Made by a program: the position numbers and the translations under genes
Notes under the pieces: generated by a model
Seen by the model: the letters and a program-made list of their open reading frames with translations, nothing else
What the model was told of the DNA's origin: nothing
Databases searched by the model: none
Shown: in pieces, positions 60,898 to 64,000 of the stretch
How the letters are laid out: every line of letters begins with the position of its first letter
Numbering within the stretch: the first letter of the stretch is position 1
Assembly: GCA_963717935.1 (NCBI GenBank)
Contig: CAVQXP010000002.1
Span: 128,001-192,000, forward strand
Reading direction: 5' to 3'
Length of the DNA stretch: 64,000 bases
DNA from: Candidatus Eiseniibacteriota bacterium
GTDB taxonomy: Bacteria; Eisenbacteria; RBG-16-71-46

Positions 60898-62064
60898 ATG
60901 CGCATCTTCCTCGTCATCCTGGACGGAGTCGGGATCGGCGCCCTGCCGGACGCCGCCGAATACGGCGATGCCGGCACGAACACGCTGCTGCACGTGGCCC
61001 AGGCGGTCGGTGGCCTCAGGCTCCCGCAGCTCGAGAGGCTGGGCCTCGGACGTCTGCTCGACCTGCCCGGCGTCCGTCCGCTCGCGGACCCGAGCGGAGC
61101 GCGCGGCCGGCTGGGGCAGCTCTCGAAGGGCAAGGACAGCACGACCGGGCACTGGGAACTGGCGGGGCACGTCACGGAGAAGCCCTTCCCGACCTACCCG
61201 CACGGGTTCCCGGAGGCGCTCCTCGAACGCTGGGTCAGGCGGGTCGGGCGCGGCTGGATGGCGAACGTCGTGGGCTCGGGCACGGACATCGTCGTGCGCC
61301 ATGGCCTGGAGCATCAGCGCACCGGCCGGTACATCGTGTACACTTCCGCCGACAGCGTCTTCCAGGTCGCGGCGCACGAGGAGACCGTGCCGCTAGAGGA
61401 GCTCTACGAGGCCTGCCGCCGTGCCCGCGTGCTGCTCGACGGCGAGCACGCCGTCGGCCGCGTCATCGCGCGGCCCTTCACCGGGGAGCCCGGGAGCTAC
61501 CGGCGCACGCCGAACCGGCGGGACTTCTCGCTCGAGCCCCCGGAGCCCACGCTGCTCGACCGGCTGGTCGCGCAGGGCGAACCGGTGGTCACCGTGGGCA
61601 AGGTGGACGACCTGTTCGCGGGACGCGGCGTGAGCGAGTCGCTGCACACCACGAGCAACGCCGAGGGGGAGGAGATCCTCGCCGGACTCGTCCGGCAGAG
61701 CGGGCGCGGTCTGGTGTTCGCCAACCTGGTGGATTTCGACCAGCAGTACGGCCACCGCAACGACCCGGTCGGTTTCGCCCGCGCGCTGGAGGAGTTCGAC
61801 GAGCGCTTCGGGGAGCTGCGGGCCCACCTGAGGAGCGACGAGATGTGCCTGATCACCGCCGACCACGGCAACGACCCGACCGACGCGAGCACGGACCACT
61901 CCCGGGAGTACGCGCCGCTGCTGGTGGCAGGCCCGCGCGTGCGCGCGGGCGCCGACCTGGGCACGCGCGAGACCTCCGCGGACGTCGCGGCCACGATCGC
62001 CGAGGCGTTCGGCGTGGGGCGCGTCGCCGCCGGCCGGAGCTTCCTCAAGGAGGTGCGCTCATGA
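60898..62064 (+). CDS. deoB: Phosphopentomutase
   Basis: [41 protein letters not shown]. Confidence 0.95.
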   Translation: MRIFLVILDGVGIGALPDAAEYGDAGTNTLLHVAQAVGGLRLPQLERLGLGRLLDLPGVRPLADPSGARGRLGQLSKGKDSTTGHWELAGHVTEKPFPTYPHGFPEALLERWVRRVGRGWMANVVGSGTDIVVRHGLEHQRTGRYIVYTSADSVFQVAAHEETVPLEELYEACRRARVLLDGEHAVGRVIARPFTGEPGSYRRTPNRRDFSLEPPEPTLLDRLVAQGEPVVTVGKVDDLFAGRGVSESLHTTSNAEGEEILAGLVRQSGRGLVFANLVDFDQQYGHRNDPVGFARALEEFDERFGELRAHLRSDEMCLITADHGNDPTDASTDHSREYAPLLVAGPRVRAGADLGTRETSADVAATIAEAFGVGRVAAGRSFLKEVRS

Positions 62065-62465
62065 ACATGACCCCCAAGGCGCTGATGGCGGAGGCGGTCA
62101 AGGCGCGCAAGCGCGCCTACGCGCCCTACTCGCGCTTCCCGGTGGGTGCCGCGCTGCTGGCGAAGGACGGCCGCGTGTATCTCGGCGGAAACGTGGAGAA
62201 CGCCTCCTACGGGCTCACGATCTGCGCCGAGCGCAGCGCGGTGTGGAAGGCCGTGAGCGAGGGCGTGACCGAGTTCACCGCCATCGCCGTGACCGCCCGC
62301 GACGGCCGCGGTGCCCCGCCCTGCGGCTCGTGCCGGCAGGTGCTGCACGAGTTCGCTCCGAACGTGTGGGTCTACTGGCGCGACGCGCGCGGGCGCATCC
62401 TCAAGCGGAAGCTCACGGAACTGCTGCCGAACGCCTTCAACCTGGCGGACCTGAGGAAGCGATGA
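62061..62465 (+). CDS. cdd: Cytidine deaminase
   Basis: [30 protein letters not shown]. Confidence 0.95.
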   Translation: MNMTPKALMAEAVKARKRAYAPYSRFPVGAALLAKDGRVYLGGNVENASYGLTICAERSAVWKAVSEGVTEFTAIAVTARDGRGAPPCGSCRQVLHEFAPNVWVYWRDARGRILKRKLTELLPNAFNLADLRKR

Positions 62466-63406
62466 GCCGCGAACGCGAGGATCTGGTCGAGCTGATCACC
62501 CGGCAGGTGCTGCAGGCCCTGAAACGCGGGCCGGCGGCCGCCGGGAACCCGCCGGCAGCCCCGCGGGACGCGGCCGCGTGGCGCGCGACGCACGCGGTGC
62601 AGGACGCGGACCCCGCGACCGCCGACCGCTACCGTCTCTTCGGCGTCTCCACCTCGAGCGGGCCCGAGCACACGCGCGCGCTGCACGAGGCCGGTGCCGC
62701 GCGCGTGGTCGCGACCACGGGGTACAGCCCGGGCACGGACGGCCTCGCCTCGCTCATCGACCACACCCTGCTCAAGCCGGACGCGACCCGCGCGGACATC
62801 GAGAAGATCTGCCAGGAGGCGGCGCAGAACCACTTCGCCTCGGTCTGCGTGAACCCGGTGTGGGTGCCGCTCTGCCACGACCTGCTGAAGGGCAGCGGGG
62901 TGAAGGTGTGCACGGTGATCGGCTTCCCGTCGGGCGCGCACGCGCCCGACGTCAAGGCCTACGAGACGCGCCGCGCGGTGGAGCAGGGCGCCGAGGAAGT
63001 GGACATGGTCATCAACATCGGGGCGATGAAGTCCAAGGACTACGCGCTGGTCGAGCAGGACATCCGCGGCGTGGTGCAGGCCGCCGCTCCGGGCGCCCTG
63101 GTCAAGGTGATCCTCGAGACCTCGCTGCTGTCGCGCGAGGAGAAGATCATGGGCTGCACGCTGGCCAAGGCCGCGGGCGCGGACTTCGTCAAGACCTCGA
63201 CCGGTTTCGCGGGAGGTGGCGCCACGGTCGAGGACATCGAGTTGATGCGCGAGACCGTGGGCCCCGAGATGGGCGTGAAGGCCTCGGGCGGGGTGCGCAC
63301 GAAGGAGGACGCGGAGGCCCTGGTCGCCGCCGGGGCCACGCGCATCGGCGCCTCCGCGGGCGTGAAGATCGTGCGCGGCGAGAAGAACGAAGGGAAGGGT
63401 TACTGA
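62462..63406 (+). CDS. deoC: Deoxyribose-phosphate aldolase with an N-terminal extension of about 95 aa
   Basis: [43 protein letters not shown]. Confidence 0.95.
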   Translation: MSREREDLVELITRQVLQALKRGPAAAGNPPAAPRDAAAWRATHAVQDADPATADRYRLFGVSTSSGPEHTRALHEAGAARVVATTGYSPGTDGLASLIDHTLLKPDATRADIEKICQEAAQNHFASVCVNPVWVPLCHDLLKGSGVKVCTVIGFPSGAHAPDVKAYETRRAVEQGAEEVDMVINIGAMKSKDYALVEQDIRGVVQAAAPGALVKVILETSLLSREEKIMGCTLAKAAGADFVKTSTGFAGGGATVEDIELMRETVGPEMGVKASGGVRTKEDAEALVAAGATRIGASAGVKIVRGEKNEGKGY

Positions 63407-63411
63407 CCCCG

Positions 63412-64000
63412 ATGCTCGATCCCCGCGAGTTCATCCGCGCCAAGCGCGACCGTCGCGTCCACGCTGCCGGGGACCTGCGTGAGTTCATCGCGGCCTACCT
63501 GCGCCGCGAGATCCCCGACTACCAGGTGAGCGCCTGGCTCATGGCGGCCTACCTCAACGGCCTCGACGAGTCCGAGACCGAGGCGCTGACCCTGGCCCTG
63601 CTGCACTCGGGGCGGACCTTCGACTGGAAGGGCCTCGGCCGTCCGTCCGCCGACAAGCACTCGACCGGCGGGGTGGGCGACAAGATCTCGCTCATCCTCG
63701 CGCCGCTCGTCGCGGCCTGCGGCGTGCTGGTCCCGATGGTCTCGGGGCGCGGGCTCGGCCACACCGGCGGCACGCTCGACAAGCTCGAATCCATCCCCGG
63801 CTTCCAGACCTTCCTCGAGCCCGACGTGATGCGTGCCCAACTCGACCGCATCGGCGTGGTGATGGTGGGGCAGGGGCCCGACCTCGCGCCCGCCGACGGC
63901 CTGATCTACGCCCTGCGCGACGTGACCTCCACGGTCGAGCGCGAGTACTTCATCGTGCCGAGCATCGTGAGCAAGAAGGTGGCGGAGGGAGCCGGGTCGC
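63412..64000 (+). CDS. pdp: Pyrimidine-nucleoside/thymidine phosphorylase, partial (runs off the right edge)
   Basis: IRAKRD, DYQVSAWLMA, DKHSTGGVGDK, SGRGLGHTGGTLDKLESIPG. Confidence 0.93.
   Translation, partial: MLDPREFIRAKRDRRVHAAGDLREFIAAYLRREIPDYQVSAWLMAAYLNGLDESETEALTLALLHSGRTFDWKGLGRPSADKHSTGGVGDKISLILAPLVAACGVLVPMVSGRGLGHTGGTLDKLESIPGFQTFLEPDVMRAQLDRIGVVMVGQGPDLAPADGLIYALRDVTSTVEREYFIVPSIVSKKVAEGAGS

Overview
Very GC-rich bacterial chromosomal window. Secreted proteins carry FlgD-Ig/T9SS-like 'NPFNP/SPNP' C-terminal tails, which suggests an FCB-superphylum candidate lineage such as Eisenbacteria; this taxonomy is inference only. Housekeeping content: prolyl oligopeptidase (partial), mntR-mntH(USP), acyl-CoA ligase, M14 carboxypeptidase, a TmrAB-like ABC exporter, three XRE-cupin regulators, etfBA abutting a nuo operon that lacks nuoI, moeA/moaC, a sigma-54 activator with no regulatory domain, AlaX, mutM, a murQ-SBP-anmK-spoIID peptidoglycan-recycling cluster, tRNA-Asp, speB, rlmI, mazG, alr and deoB-cdd-deoC-pdp. 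There are two small accessory patches. The first (45.57-47.9 kb) holds an IS481 remnant with a duplicated right end, a tandem RusA-like gene and a DUF6933-like gene. The second (53.1-55.3 kb, after tRNA-Asp) holds a complete IS3, a truncated secreted-protein gene and an IS481 scrap. Best leads: (1) a two-domain RusA-like protein whose catalytic motifs are split between its two repeats; (2) a DEAD-box helicase with EEAD and several other degenerate motifs; (3) a 76-aa protein that is 46/76 Asp/Glu, with its own promoter between tRNA-Asp and agmatinase; (4) DeoC with a microcompartment encapsulation-peptide-like N-terminus. Five single-base frameshifts are probably sequencing errors. All family calls come from motif recognition by eye, not from database searches.
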